DNA from: a virus
Taxonomy: Duplodnaviria; Caudoviricetes
Direction: 5' to 3' (one strand)
Length of the DNA stretch: 64,000 nucleotides
IMG/VR virus record: IMGVR_UViG_3300028588_000015
Coordinates: 96,001-160,000 of that record
Shown here: positions 36,015-46,637 of the stretch, piece after piece
Layout of the letters: the number at the start of each line of letters is the position of its first letter
Numbering within the stretch: the first letter of the stretch is position 1
Notes under the pieces: model-generated
The model's input: only the letters and a program-made list of their open reading frames with translations
What the model was told of the DNA's origin: nothing
Database searches by the model: none
Position numbers and translations under genes: made by a program

Positions 36015-37565
36015 CTAGTGCATGCTGGCAGTTTCCCAAAACTCTTCGCCACCGCCATCAGCCGACAACGCACCGCCACCCACACGTGACAGCGTCGAGT
36101 CTTCTTTACCCACGTCATCGCGCAGTCCACCGATGGGATGGAATCCTATCACCACATGATGAAACTCTTCCGGCAGCGGATCGTTCACACGCTGCTTACC
36201 ACGCTGGATCGTAAGGTAAGATCGCCCGTTGAACTTTTCGATGTGGATGAAGATTTCGCAATCGAATTCGTTGTCGAGCGACGCACAGCCCTTGTAGTAA
36301 CCCTTGCCGACCAGTTCCTTGACAAAGCCCGAAGTGTTGAGGCGCAAGATATTACGCTTGGCATCGGTCGAGATTTGGTGCGGGGTGATCAGGGTGATCT
36401 TACGGGTGTTGCAGAATTCGCGCATCCGGGCAAACATGTCTTGCATGTCACCGCCAGCGACACCACCGCCGAAGCAACCGATCGCCGGTACCAGGCCAAG
36501 ATAGTCGAGGATCAGGGCGTGGATTTCGTAACCCATGCTCTCGTACTTGATGATCTCGTTACAGATGTCGCGGTACGTCATCTGCTTGGCCTTCATTCGC
36601 AGCATCTTGACTTTGTAGCCGTTGACACCCATCTTCAGGCGCACGTACTTGGCGATGTCTTCTGCGGAAAGACCTTGCAAATCGGCCTTCTGGCCGGTTT
36701 CATTCTCGTACAGCGACTTGTACAGGAACTCGTAGTTCTTCTCCAACGTATCTTCAAACGAGATACGCAGGATGAGTGGCTGCTTAGTGTCGGTCGCATC
36801 AAACATGAACGGCTTGTTGTACAACGCGATGTGCTTCATGAGGTTCAGCGTAAACCCCGTTTTGAAATTGTGTTGCAGCGCCGCCACGCACACCAAGTCA
36901 CCACGACGCATGCCGCCTGAGAGCATGCGGTTCACACCCTGCCAGCCGGTCTTGAGCAGGGATTCGCCGCTTTCTTCCATCTGGACTTGGGTACCGATTG
37001 CCGTCATCTCGTCGATGTTGTCCAGATCGATCTCAGCCACTAGCGCCGGGTGCTTGGTGTTGGCACTGTCAATCGTGTAGGGGTCGAGTTCCCCTTGCAA
37101 CTGTTGCAGGTACTTGGCCCAGTTGTCGATCTTCTCCGGTTCGAACTTGGCGGTACGGGCAAACTTCTGGAGAATCTCTTGCGACTTTTCAAACGCAAAA
37201 TGGTTGTTGAGTTTGCGGTTCAGGTTGATGCACGTCTTTTGCAGCGTGCGCTCGTCCATGTCGTGTTCGATACCGTCACGGACGGCTTCGTACGAGATGT
37301 TGTCTTCGCGCAGGTTCATGCGCAGTACTTGCAGCATCTCGGTCAGTTCGTAACGATGCGTTGGTGGGTCATTACACATCATGATGGCCGTGTCCTTGAG
37401 GCCTTGCAAAATGTCGCGCTCACTGTCCACACCGAGGTTAATCTCGGGCATCTTAATACGTTCCAGAACTTCGCGCACCAGCTTGTCCGATCGATCGCCG
37501 TTGTTCAGTTGACTCTGGCGATAGAGTAGGGTAATGCAGGTGATCAAGAGGAGTTTGTTCGTCAT
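36015..37565 (-). CDS. DnaB-like replicative helicase (phiKZ gp118-type)
   Basis: LKTGWQGVNRMLSGGMRRGD, atypical Walker A ALQHNFKT, LILDYL, ITPHQ, QRGK; likely start MTNKLLLIT at 37565. Confidence 0.9.
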   Translation of the reverse strand: MTNKLLLITCITLLYRQSQLNNGDRSDKLVREVLERIKMPEINLGVDSERDILQGLKDTAIMMCNDPPTHRYELTEMLQVLRMNLREDNISYEAVRDGIEHDMDERTLQKTCINLNRKLNNHFAFEKSQEILQKFARTAKFEPEKIDNWAKYLQQLQGELDPYTIDSANTKHPALVAEIDLDNIDEMTAIGTQVQMEESGESLLKTGWQGVNRMLSGGMRRGDLVCVAALQHNFKTGFTLNLMKHIALYNKPFMFDATDTKQPLILRISFEDTLEKNYEFLYKSLYENETGQKADLQGLSAEDIAKYVRLKMGVNGYKVKMLRMKAKQMTYRDICNEIIKYESMGYEIHALILDYLGLVPAIGCFGGGVAGGDMQDMFARMREFCNTRKITLITPHQISTDAKRNILRLNTSGFVKELVGKGYYKGCASLDNEFDCEIFIHIEKFNGRSYLTIQRGKQRVNDPLPEEFHHVVIGFHPIGGLRDDVGKEDSTLSRVGGGALSADGGGEEFWETASMH

Positions 37566-37712
37566 TTTCTTAAGACTTTCGTTTTTCGTGGCACTATTTA
37601 TTGTAAGGCTGTCTGCTCGGCGCAAGGTTTTCTTAGGATGACTCTTGGCTTCGTTCATACATGGAGTAACCCATTTTTTAAATTACTGTTCTACTACTTA
37701 GGGGGTTCTCAA

Positions 37713-38345
37713 GTGAGCATTGGGAATGTGAAAAACAAGCTTTCTTCGGTGATTTTTATCCCGTATTGGATTGCCGAAACCATCCAGCGAATGGGTCTGG
37801 CGTTGAGCGATGTCGTGGACTACGAAAAGATTCGCCCGACGCTCTCCATGCATGATATGGCAGGCTTCATGGCCGTGCAGTATGAATCCGACCGTTTGCT
37901 GTATTCCGGATCGCCCGGCGACGGTCCGGTCAGCTGTATGGGAAACGACCTCATCACGGTGTGGCGGTTCCTCACCCACGCTTGGCCGGTTGAGCAAGGC
38001 ACGTTCAGTGTCGGCAAAAAAACGTCGGAAGATTTCAACCGGACGTACGAATATGCGGGCGATGCCACCGTCAAAGGCGACGTTGTATCCAGATTGTATG
38101 GACAAGCTGTAAAGCAAGCGCGCTATGACCATGCCTTCGATGTGGTCAATCTGGCACCGCAAGTGGTCGGGGTGGTTGTTTATCCCGGTTACTTTGACCA
38201 AGCCAAAATCGATCTGTCCCTGCAACACCAATTGATCTGTTCCTTGATGCAAGTATTTTATGCACAAGGTGCGCCCTACGAACAAATCGCGGCTACCGCA
38301 ATTTATCGTAGACATCTCGAACTATTATCTGGCGAGCAAAGCTAA
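37713..38345 (+). CDS. Conserved jumbo-phage protein upstream of MCP (putative structural)
   Basis: GTG after AGGGGG; position between helicase and MCP as in phiKZ-like genomes. Confidence 0.6.
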   Translation: MSIGNVKNKLSSVIFIPYWIAETIQRMGLALSDVVDYEKIRPTLSMHDMAGFMAVQYESDRLLYSGSPGDGPVSCMGNDLITVWRFLTHAWPVEQGTFSVGKKTSEDFNRTYEYAGDATVKGDVVSRLYGQAVKQARYDHAFDVVNLAPQVVGVVVYPGYFDQAKIDLSLQHQLICSLMQVFYAQGAPYEQIAATAIYRRHLELLSGEQS

Positions 38346-38410
38346 GTAATACTTTGAGGCCACATGCCCCAAAAGCACATTTCCATTAACTAGGATAAGG
38401 TTCCTGAACC

Positions 38411-40606
38411 ATGTCGAAATTCTCCACCAAAGCCGGCGGTCAACGCACCGACGCTTCCCAAGCAAACCTGACCGGCCTGGCGACCATGGTGTCGCAACTG
38501 AAAGCCGACACCCAACACAAGCCGGGCGCCACGCTGGTACCGGCCTCCGTCGCCCAGACCGTCGTCGCCATGGAAGGTTACAGCGACGCCGACGTCAACG
38601 ACATGACCAGCGCCCTGAAGGGCCTGAAGTCGTCGCTGGAAAGCTATTTCGGCGGTTTCCAGATCCAGCCGACCGAACACCAGAAAGAAGCCGCCATGTT
38701 CGGCGCCGCCCTGGCTGCGGACCCGAAAGGCTCGATGAACTGGAACGCGGGCAAGAAGCAGCAGCCGGACGACAACACCGTCTACGTGAACCCGGTCGGC
38801 GGCGACATGTTCTACGAAACGCCGATGAAGAAGGCGATGGAATCGTACGACGAGCGCGACAACACCCACGTCACCACCTACTCGACGACCTACAATCTGA
38901 TGGCCTCGCGCCAGGGCCCGTTCGCCGAGATGTTCTTCCCGACCGTCATCGTCGCGCCCGACCAAGTGGGCTTCGAAACCACCATCCGCCTGAACAGCGT
39001 GATGTCCGAAGTCAAGTCGAGCATCGACGGTTCGGCCGCCGAATTCAACAAGAAGAACCTGATCCAGGCGACCATCAACCCGGACATCTTCACCCCGGAC
39101 CAGACCAAGGTCGTGCCGGTGTACCGTGACGAATCGAAAGCCAAGTTCGTCGATGCGTCGCTGATCACCCCGTACGACGTCCTGGTCGACACCGAGAAGG
39201 TCAAGTCCTCGGCCGTCAAGTTCGGCGTGCGCTTCGGCCTGATGCCGATCAGCCAGTCCGACGCCCTGCTGAAAACCGGCACCATCGACTACGGCGATGC
39301 GCTGGACACCAACGTCGAACTGGAAACCGTGTTCGTCAAGCTGAGCGGCACCGTCGGCGGCAACGCCACCACCGAAGTGTTCAAGGTCTCGACCAAGCGT
39401 CTGCCGACCGCGGTGTTCACCAAGCGCGTGCAGGGCCTGGATCGCGAAATGAACCTCGTGTTCAGCAACGATGCCTTCACCTTCACCAAGGACACCAAGA
39501 CCGCTGGCGGCAATGCGTCGGCACTGCTGGCCGTCCTGGGCACCAACCGCGTGCGCGTGCGCCTGGCTTCGACCGGTACCTGCAACCTGCAAACCTCGGA
39601 AACCCAGCTGATCGCTCACCCGATCGAAGTCGTGGCTGTCCTCGACGAAAACAACGAGCGTCAACCGCTGGACTCCGGCGCCACCGGCACCGCAGCCACC
39701 CTGGTCAACGGCGGTGAACTGATCGGCTTCACGCTGACCGCCCACCGCGTCAACACCAACCAGCGTCAACGTGGCCAGCTGCTGGACACCGTGTACTACA
39801 ACCAGGTCTACACCGTGCCGCTGCGTGCGCCGATGTCGATCCCGCGTCCGCGTACTGCCGGCGAAGAGAACGACGCAGCCGACCTGGCCGCACTGATCAC
39901 CGCCACGCACATCAAGATCAACAACGCCGCCATCGCGACGCTGCTGGAAGCTGCGGAATTCCTGGAAGAGTACTACGACGCCCGCGACACCTTCGAAACC
40001 CAACCGGCCATCCTGGGCGTGGCGCGTCACCTGGTGACCGCGTACTTCAAGCGCACCACGATCCACCTGCCGGACGTGATCCAGTCGCTGACCTCGAGCG
40101 ACAAGCGCGAGAACATCCAGCAAGCCATCGTCGGCGTGCTGCGCGACCAGGTGTTCAACGCGTACCGTGACTCGGGCTGGCAAGCGGCTGCGGACATGCT
40201 GGCTGGCGGTGACGGCGGCAAGCCGGTCATCCTGATCGGTACCGACCCGGTGATCGCTTCCTGGCTGGCGGTGACGGGCGACAACCGTCTGCTGGGTATC
40301 GACGGTTACGAAGTCGAAGTCCAATCGACGCTGAACAAGTACATGCGCGGCAAGATGATCGTCGCCTTCGGCCAGAAGAACTCGACCGGCAAGATCAACC
40401 CGATGCACTTCGGCAACATGGCCTACAAGCCGGAACTGACCCTGGTCCTGCCGACATACCGCAACGGCCAGACCAGCAAGGAACTGATGGTGGCGCCGTC
40501 GTACCTGCACGTGGTCAACTGCCCGATCATGATGGTATTCGACGTGACCGGTATCAGCCAAGTCGCAAGCGGCCAAGTGCCGGTGCCGACCAAAGAAGCC
40601 GCGTAA
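38411..40606 (+). CDS. Major capsid protein (phiKZ gp120-type)
   Basis: 731 aa; extreme C/G-ending codon bias; RQGPFAEMFFPT, HFGNM, APSYLHVVNCPIM motifs; N-terminal AME/SLE sites; synteny. Confidence 0.9.
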   Translation: MSKFSTKAGGQRTDASQANLTGLATMVSQLKADTQHKPGATLVPASVAQTVVAMEGYSDADVNDMTSALKGLKSSLESYFGGFQIQPTEHQKEAAMFGAALAADPKGSMNWNAGKKQQPDDNTVYVNPVGGDMFYETPMKKAMESYDERDNTHVTTYSTTYNLMASRQGPFAEMFFPTVIVAPDQVGFETTIRLNSVMSEVKSSIDGSAAEFNKKNLIQATINPDIFTPDQTKVVPVYRDESKAKFVDASLITPYDVLVDTEKVKSSAVKFGVRFGLMPISQSDALLKTGTIDYGDALDTNVELETVFVKLSGTVGGNATTEVFKVSTKRLPTAVFTKRVQGLDREMNLVFSNDAFTFTKDTKTAGGNASALLAVLGTNRVRVRLASTGTCNLQTSETQLIAHPIEVVAVLDENNERQPLDSGATGTAATLVNGGELIGFTLTAHRVNTNQRQRGQLLDTVYYNQVYTVPLRAPMSIPRPRTAGEENDAADLAALITATHIKINNAAIATLLEAAEFLEEYYDARDTFETQPAILGVARHLVTAYFKRTTIHLPDVIQSLTSSDKRENIQQAIVGVLRDQVFNAYRDSGWQAAADMLAGGDGGKPVILIGTDPVIASWLAVTGDNRLLGIDGYEVEVQSTLNKYMRGKMIVAFGQKNSTGKINPMHFGNMAYKPELTLVLPTYRNGQTSKELMVAPSYLHVVNCPIMMVFDVTGISQVASGQVPVPTKEAA

Positions 40607-40626
40607 GCGCTTCCGGCACAACATGC

Positions 40627-40728
40627 TGGTACGCCACTTCGGTGGCGTACTGGTTTGTGAGATGTCAGCTTTTGGGGCTGCCCCTCGTTCTCGGGCGCGC
40701 TCGGGAGCGAGGGGTTTATGCCGCTTTA
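40627..40728 (+). terminator. Tandem hairpins/terminator after MCP
   Basis: GTACGCCAC-TTCG-GTGGCGTAC, then CCCCTCG...CGAGGGG followed by TTTATGCCGC. Confidence 0.75.
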
Positions 40729-40781
40729 TTAAAATACCGGGTCTATCTATCTCGTAGTCAATTACCTACTGGAGAATACGC

Positions 40782-41636
40782 ATGGACCTCGCCATCGAAA
40801 ACTACACCGAAAACCAAAGCGTAGCACTCTTCTTTCCGGCACAAGAAGTGCAACCGTCGACACTCTTGGAATATGAGCGTACCAACTTTTATTGCAGTGC
40901 CAAGGGTGTCGTGCCGGAAGAAAAATATTTTAGTATCATGCGCCCGGCGCGCAATTCAGATTCAGCGTTGGCTGTGGTGGCCGCGATAACGTTTACTAAT
41001 ATGGCAGTCGACGCACTCGTCGAGAGCCATGACACCCTGAACGATGCGCGCTTTCCCGTCGAGGATCGTTCGATGCCACTTTGGGCGATCGAATACGGAT
41101 TAAAACCTTTTGTATCGGACAAAGCATTTCATTTCTTCCATGATAACAAGAATGCTTTCGAGACAGTCACAAAGATCTGCACTGCGCTGAAAGAATCATT
41201 GTGGTTAATGCGTAAAGCATGTGTTACGCCTGAAACGTATCGGATGCTTGAAGAGAAGAAAAAGACTCTTCACTTCACTGTAATATGCGACGCAAAAATT
41301 CAAGCCTATTTGAATTATCTCGGTAAATTTGATACCGACAACTTCCCCTTCACTGTGAAATTTGTTTCAAGTGTGCATACCAAACTAAAGGGGCAGTTGT
41401 ACTTGTCCATCTCACTGCACGATAAAACTGTGCCAGAAAAGGTAGAACAGGCTTTTGGAGCCCTGCTCTACAACCCGTCGAGTAGGCTGGTAAAAAGTAA
41501 AGATAACTTGACATCGGATGTCCTGTTGGTAAAAGCACGTACAGTCGCAGGTTTGCCGATCTTAAGCCGCTTGAGTTTTACACTCAAGAGCATCGGCGAA
41601 GAAATGAGCACTAACCTCGCACCAAGTTTCGAATAA
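40782..41636 (+). CDS. Hypothetical protein (phiKZ-like core block)
   Basis: 284-aa AT-rich ORF, GGAG RBS. Confidence 0.7.
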   Translation: MDLAIENYTENQSVALFFPAQEVQPSTLLEYERTNFYCSAKGVVPEEKYFSIMRPARNSDSALAVVAAITFTNMAVDALVESHDTLNDARFPVEDRSMPLWAIEYGLKPFVSDKAFHFFHDNKNAFETVTKICTALKESLWLMRKACVTPETYRMLEEKKKTLHFTVICDAKIQAYLNYLGKFDTDNFPFTVKFVSSVHTKLKGQLYLSISLHDKTVPEKVEQAFGALLYNPSSRLVKSKDNLTSDVLLVKARTVAGLPILSRLSFTLKSIGEEMSTNLAPSFE

Positions 41637-41685
41637 GTAAAAGACGGGCGTAGCGTCCGTCTTTTATGCCGCTAAGTCAAAATTC

Positions 41686-41702
41686 GTACAATCACATATT
41701 AC
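41686..41702 (+). promoter_or_regulatory. Putative phage promoter motif copy
   Basis: GTACAATCACATATTAC after terminator 41641-41672. Confidence 0.6.
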
Positions 41703-41765
41703 AAACCTGAGCAGGATCAACTCAGATTCTGTTGGCTTCTGTTTGATTAGATGTGAGAGTCGATT

Positions 41766-42932
41766 ATGGATAATCCACAAAACGTTGTACCTTCGCACTT
41801 TGGTTTGCCAGCGCTAACATCACAGGGCGAACTTAATACCCGCACGACGCTCTCGCCCGTACAGTATCGCGTGGAGTTTGTCAATAATCTAGGTGCGCCT
41901 GTCAGTGTTTTGATGCGTAATGGCTTGAAGTTCAATATGGATTCCGAGCCCAGCTTTACCCACCGGACATTCACCATCCGGGTGTTCATTACCATCAACT
42001 CCAGCGCGTACGGGAGCATTGTTGATTCATTGCGCGCTGCTGCTGCGGGCGATGCTCCAGAGTTGGCAGTATTGAGCCAAGCCTTTGGCATTTCCGTGGA
42101 AGGCAATATGTGGCGCGGCGGTACCTTAACCTTGGACTACGACTTGACCTTGGAGCAGTTATACGACCTGGGCGGTACAGTGTACTACCACGAAGTGGAT
42201 TACGTGGTGTCACTCGAAACCAACCACGCTCACTTGCACCATCCACATAGTGAGCAAGGCAGGAAGAATCAAGTGCTGGTCGAATGTCCTTTATTTAACG
42301 ATCGCTTTGAAAGGGAGACAGGCGGTACCCCGATCGGGTTTGGCTATTCCATCACGATGGTCAACAACGACGGCAAGAAACAAGTGCGGTATATCAACAT
42401 CGCCAATCAAGTCTACCGGATCACGCCCACGGTAGACTTGACCAAAAAGGATGGAATTTATATCGTATCGAACCATTCCATGAGTAACAAAGGAGGAAGA
42501 GGTGGTTTCGAATCACGGTGGTACGACTTTGAGAATGCAGAAGAAACCTTAGGGCTTTGGAAAACACCGGAAGAAGCAAGGCACGGCGGCGACAAGTCGA
42601 TCCTAGCGAAAGAGAACCTAGCGCGCGCCCAGGCTGAAGTTGAACGACTCAGGGCAGAACGTTCCGTGTTGGACGAACAGAACGCCATCGAGAAAGCCCA
42701 ACTGGAAGCAACCATGCGTGAACATGAAGTGAGGATGGAAAAGGAGCGTGAAGAAATTGCACGGGAACGTGCTGAACGTGAATATGAAGAGAAGGTACGT
42801 CGTCAGAAGTTAGCCGACCACTATGAAGAAAAGTCATACGTACGTAAGGACACCAGTGAGGGCTTGAAATTTTTACCAAGTCTCCTTATTGGTTTGGGAG
42901 CACTCTTTAGTGTTCTCAAACTCAGTTCCTAG
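41766..42932 (+). CDS. Conserved jumbo-phage protein with C-terminal coiled coil and hydrophobic tail
   Basis: 388 aa; E/R-rich coiled coil; FLPSLLIGLGALFSVLKL tail; immediately upstream of nvRNAP subunit. Confidence 0.75.
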   Translation: MDNPQNVVPSHFGLPALTSQGELNTRTTLSPVQYRVEFVNNLGAPVSVLMRNGLKFNMDSEPSFTHRTFTIRVFITINSSAYGSIVDSLRAAAAGDAPELAVLSQAFGISVEGNMWRGGTLTLDYDLTLEQLYDLGGTVYYHEVDYVVSLETNHAHLHHPHSEQGRKNQVLVECPLFNDRFERETGGTPIGFGYSITMVNNDGKKQVRYINIANQVYRITPTVDLTKKDGIYIVSNHSMSNKGGRGGFESRWYDFENAEETLGLWKTPEEARHGGDKSILAKENLARAQAEVERLRAERSVLDEQNAIEKAQLEATMREHEVRMEKEREEIARERAEREYEEKVRRQKLADHYEEKSYVRKDTSEGLKFLPSLLIGLGALFSVLKLSS

Positions 42933-42982
42933 CGGCGAAGCACGACGGATAGGTGAAAAGAACTTTTAGAAAGGGAGAAGCT

Positions 42983-44647
42983 GTGCTCAACAGTGCATTT
43001 AGCGACGATGAATTCGCACGCTTGGTGGACAAGTCCACAGTCAAGATCAATCCGCTCATCGGTAATGGTTTGGCCACCACGCTCATTCCGCGTGCAGCTG
43101 ACTACATCGAGAAAGCGTTTCAATCGGTGAAGTCTGATTTTCCAGCATGCGTAATCTACGGCGGAGGATCGCGTTGTACGCCACAAGAATCGTTCGACGA
43201 GAAGACCAGGAAACGTCAGAACAAAGCGGGCAAACAAGGAAGCCGGCGCAGTTACGATATTTCGCCGTCTGACCTGTACATGATGAAGTACCGGTTCCAT
43301 TACTGGGACGGGAAAAACAAGATCGAACTAGATCCGCGTTACATTTTGCTACCCGACATCCGTGACGGCGGCATCATGCAACTGAGCGGCTCGATGTGGG
43401 TGGTGTCCGCAGTGTTGATCGACCGCGTGATCTCGGTGGGCCTGTCCAACGTCTTTGTGCAGTTGAACAAGACGCGATTCATCTTCAAGCGACTGCCACA
43501 CCGCCTGATGATCGACGGGGTGGAAGAACCTGTCCAAGTAATCTGGGCCAAGGTTCACCAAGGCAACCGTACCCAAAAGGCATCCCGGGCCGTGACGACC
43601 ATGATGCATTACCTGCTCTGCAAGTATGGTTTTGCTGAAACATTCGCGCTGTTCGGCAACTGTCATCCGGTGATTCTCACTCCGGACACCGACATGTCGT
43701 TCTTCCCGGAAAACGAGTGGGCGGTAGTGCAGAGCAGTTCGGTACGCTTAAAGAAAGCAGGGCGGGCGCACTATGAGCGTTCGCATGTGCGACTGGCGGT
43801 GCGCCGTAGTGAACTGAACCAGAAGGTGATTTCGATGTTAGGTGGGCTGTTCTACGTGGTGGACCATTTCCCACTGCGAGCGCTACCGGAAAACCTGAAC
43901 TCGAAACGGATGTGGACCATTCTTCTGGGTGAACTCATCCCGGGTGAATCGGACCACGCAGGTGTGCTGTTCGAAGAAGCCGAAAAACATTTGCGCTCAC
44001 TCGACAAGTACATTGACATGCTAACCGATGAGCGCTTGCGCAACATCGGCATGCCAGTGAAGAACATCTACGAACTCTTCTCGATCATCATCGGTAAGTT
44101 CAACGAATGGTTGCTGTCGGGGTCAGAGCGGGTGGCCAGTATGTACGACAAGGAGTTCAGTATTTTGCCGTTCGTGCTGTACAACATCGTCTCGGCAATC
44201 AACAATCTTTACTTCCGCCTCAAAGCGGCTGAAGAGAAAGCAGCAAAAGCAGGAAAAGTCTTGACGCCTGAGAACATCAATGGCATCACCTTTGATTTGC
44301 TCAAGACTGGCTTGATCTTTAACATCAACAAAGGTCATGGTGAAGTGTCCACCTTAAGTGCTCCGGGTGACAACAAAGCGTTTAAGACCACGGTGATTCT
44401 GGTTTCGCAAACCAATTCGAATAACCAATCGTCAAGCCGTGATCGTTCTGGCACAAAGGACCCAACCCGGTGGGTACACGCGTCGATCGTGGAAGTGGGG
44501 TCGGCGTGGGCACTGAAGAAAAGTGATCCGTTCGGGAAAGCGTTTGCTAACCCGACAGTGGAAATGGACCACAACTGGGTGGTCAAAAGAAAGTTAGAAC
44601 ACGTGGAGTTGTTAGACAGTGTTCAAAATAAAATCCGTCGTCGTTAA
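42983..44647 (+). CDS. Non-virion RNA polymerase beta-type subunit (phiKZ gp123-type)
   Basis: KINPLIGNGLA N-terminus, DLYMMKYRF, ILLPDI..GG, LLCKYG, DPFGKAFANP; synteny downstream of MCP; GTG start after AGGGAG. Confidence 0.75.
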   Translation: MLNSAFSDDEFARLVDKSTVKINPLIGNGLATTLIPRAADYIEKAFQSVKSDFPACVIYGGGSRCTPQESFDEKTRKRQNKAGKQGSRRSYDISPSDLYMMKYRFHYWDGKNKIELDPRYILLPDIRDGGIMQLSGSMWVVSAVLIDRVISVGLSNVFVQLNKTRFIFKRLPHRLMIDGVEEPVQVIWAKVHQGNRTQKASRAVTTMMHYLLCKYGFAETFALFGNCHPVILTPDTDMSFFPENEWAVVQSSSVRLKKAGRAHYERSHVRLAVRRSELNQKVISMLGGLFYVVDHFPLRALPENLNSKRMWTILLGELIPGESDHAGVLFEEAEKHLRSLDKYIDMLTDERLRNIGMPVKNIYELFSIIIGKFNEWLLSGSERVASMYDKEFSILPFVLYNIVSAINNLYFRLKAAEEKAAKAGKVLTPENINGITFDLLKTGLIFNINKGHGEVSTLSAPGDNKAFKTTVILVSQTNSNNQSSSRDRSGTKDPTRWVHASIVEVGSAWALKKSDPFGKAFANPTVEMDHNWVVKRKLEHVELLDSVQNKIRRR

Positions 44648-44673
44648 CTAATACCAAGAAAGAGGAAAGAATC

Positions 44674-46578
44674 ATGTTTGCTTCAGCCCAATTAAAGTAC
44701 GATCCAACCAAGCAGTACCATCCATTCATCAACATCAACCCGTCGATGCCGCCGTACGTGACGCGCCTCCAAGGTCTTAACCAAGCGGTCGAACAGTACA
44801 AGGCGTATATCTGCGGCCTGCTGGCAAACAAGGTCCAGAAGTACGCCGGCCAGAATGCCCTGCGCATGACGCTCTTCAACCTGGCCGGCGAAAACAACTT
44901 CAACAACGAGTACTTCGACCGCATGTGTAACATGTCTGTCGATGCGGTCGCGTACCTGATGGAGCGCTCGCGCGACAGCGTGGATGTAGCGCTGGAAAAA
45001 GCCACGGAAACTGTCTGCGAATACTTCGCGGCCGCTAACGCGCGCACTTACGGGGTGCTGGGCAATTACATCGACGATCCGCATGTGCGTGGGGTAGTGC
45101 AAGAAACCATTCGCGAATTCGATACCATCGTGAACGAACTCGCGCAGTTCCGTGCGCAGAAAACGAACGGCGGCACGGGGATGGGTATGGTACAAAATGG
45201 CTTTGCCCAGCCATCGTTCAACAGCCAGTCGCAGTTCTCGGGTAACGGCGGTTCGTCGTTCGCGGCAGGTTTGACTTCGTCCAACCAAGTGTCGAGCAAC
45301 TTTTCCACGACCGTGCCGGCTGCGGCAGCACCGGACAGCAACTCGGGCTTCTCGCAGTGGCCGGGGACGACGGCACCGACGCCTGTCCCACAATCGCAAC
45401 AGCAGCAGTTCGATCCGGTCACCGAAGTGGTGGAGGCGCAGCACCTGCCCGCGCACACGGGCAATTGGGTGCCAAACTTCGCCGAAGAGCCGTACTTCTA
45501 CGCGTACGATCCGCGTGAATGGAACGCACAACTGACCGTGCTGGACTCCGGCGCCACGATCCCCGACTACACCCGCAAATCGGACCAAGAAAAAATGGAC
45601 TACAACCAACACGCTACGCCGCTCGTCCTGGGCAAGATCCCGGCCTTCCTCGACATCACCCAATCGGCGCGCACGATGCAGAAGATCAGCGCCGGCATCC
45701 AGCAACTCAACGGCGAAACCCAGGAAAGCGACGACCAAGACGTGACTACGGTCAAGACCATGGTGGCGCAGGACTGGGCGTTTGCCAACAGCGAAGCCGG
45801 CGCGTGGCTCGAAGCCAGCCTGAAGCGCCTGCAAGTCGAACCGGGCGAAAACGGCCTGCCAAATGTGTACCGGGTGTACGCACGGGTGGTGGATGCCGTG
45901 ATCACTGCCACCGACAAGACCGACGTCATCAAGAGCTTGGTCAAGTGTGAGTCGTTCGTCGGTTTGCGCGACAAGATGGAAGCCCTCGGCGGTGAAATGC
46001 CGGGTGCCCTCTTCAACGTCATCAACCGTCGCCTGACCGATATGGTCAACCGCAAGCTGCGCCTCGTGCTGAGCCTGCGCAAGATCCAGATCGAGAACTT
46101 CTACGACGACATCGGCGAACTGCCCGAGTACCTGGACAACAAGTACGGCAGCGTGGTCAAGGGCGGGTTCCTGCGGGGTCAGAAGCACGACATCGCAGTG
46201 ACCCTGCAAACTCTGACCGAAGGCATGGCAGATGCCGAAGCGGCCGTGGCAATGGCCGGCATGAAGTTCCCGGAAGACAAGAAGCCGGTGATCACGTTCG
46301 TGGCTGCAAACTACAGCCTCACGTATCTCGACTGCTCGTCCTGGGACCTGAGCATGGAATTCGGCGACGACCTCCCGGTCAAGCTGAGCCAAGAATGCAC
46401 GCCGCTGTTCTACCAGCTGGTCAAGGGCGCGTTTGACGACGCCTTGCAGTTCGAAGGCAACGGCGACATGAGCAATGCCGTGGCGCGTGTCATGCTGCGC
46501 ACCAACGACGATCGTGTGTTCGAGTGCACGATGGGCAACCTGGCCGATGAAGCGTTCCTGATCACCCTCATCAAGTGA
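44674..46578 (+). CDS. Conserved jumbo-phage protein, highly expressed codon pattern
   Basis: 634 aa; G/S/Q-rich linker; strong C/G3 bias. Confidence 0.8.
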   Translation: MFASAQLKYDPTKQYHPFININPSMPPYVTRLQGLNQAVEQYKAYICGLLANKVQKYAGQNALRMTLFNLAGENNFNNEYFDRMCNMSVDAVAYLMERSRDSVDVALEKATETVCEYFAAANARTYGVLGNYIDDPHVRGVVQETIREFDTIVNELAQFRAQKTNGGTGMGMVQNGFAQPSFNSQSQFSGNGGSSFAAGLTSSNQVSSNFSTTVPAAAAPDSNSGFSQWPGTTAPTPVPQSQQQQFDPVTEVVEAQHLPAHTGNWVPNFAEEPYFYAYDPREWNAQLTVLDSGATIPDYTRKSDQEKMDYNQHATPLVLGKIPAFLDITQSARTMQKISAGIQQLNGETQESDDQDVTTVKTMVAQDWAFANSEAGAWLEASLKRLQVEPGENGLPNVYRVYARVVDAVITATDKTDVIKSLVKCESFVGLRDKMEALGGEMPGALFNVINRRLTDMVNRKLRLVLSLRKIQIENFYDDIGELPEYLDNKYGSVVKGGFLRGQKHDIAVTLQTLTEGMADAEAAVAMAGMKFPEDKKPVITFVAANYSLTYLDCSSWDLSMEFGDDLPVKLSQECTPLFYQLVKGAFDDALQFEGNGDMSNAVARVMLRTNDDRVFECTMGNLADEAFLITLIK

Positions 46579-46637
46579 TCGGCATAAAGGAGTGGGGCAA
46601 CCCACTCCTTTTTTCTTTATGCTTAAGGAGAAAAGAG

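Noticed and set aside
36780-36900. Non-canonical helicase Walker A (ALQHNFKT) as a sign of pseudogenisation
   Set aside because: A degenerate Walker A is typical of phiKZ-type DnaB helicases; the ORF is intact
37566-37658. 31-aa N-terminal extension of the helicase in the ORF track
   Set aside because: Overlaps the divergent intergenic/promoter region; the MTNKLLL start has a purine-rich leader and fits the family N-terminus
38390-40624. 744-aa antisense ORF over the MCP (likewise 44692-46722, 11476-12411, 26980-28287, 48618-49850, 62480-63910)
   Set aside because: Shadow ORFs produced by strong C/G-ending codon bias on the coding strand
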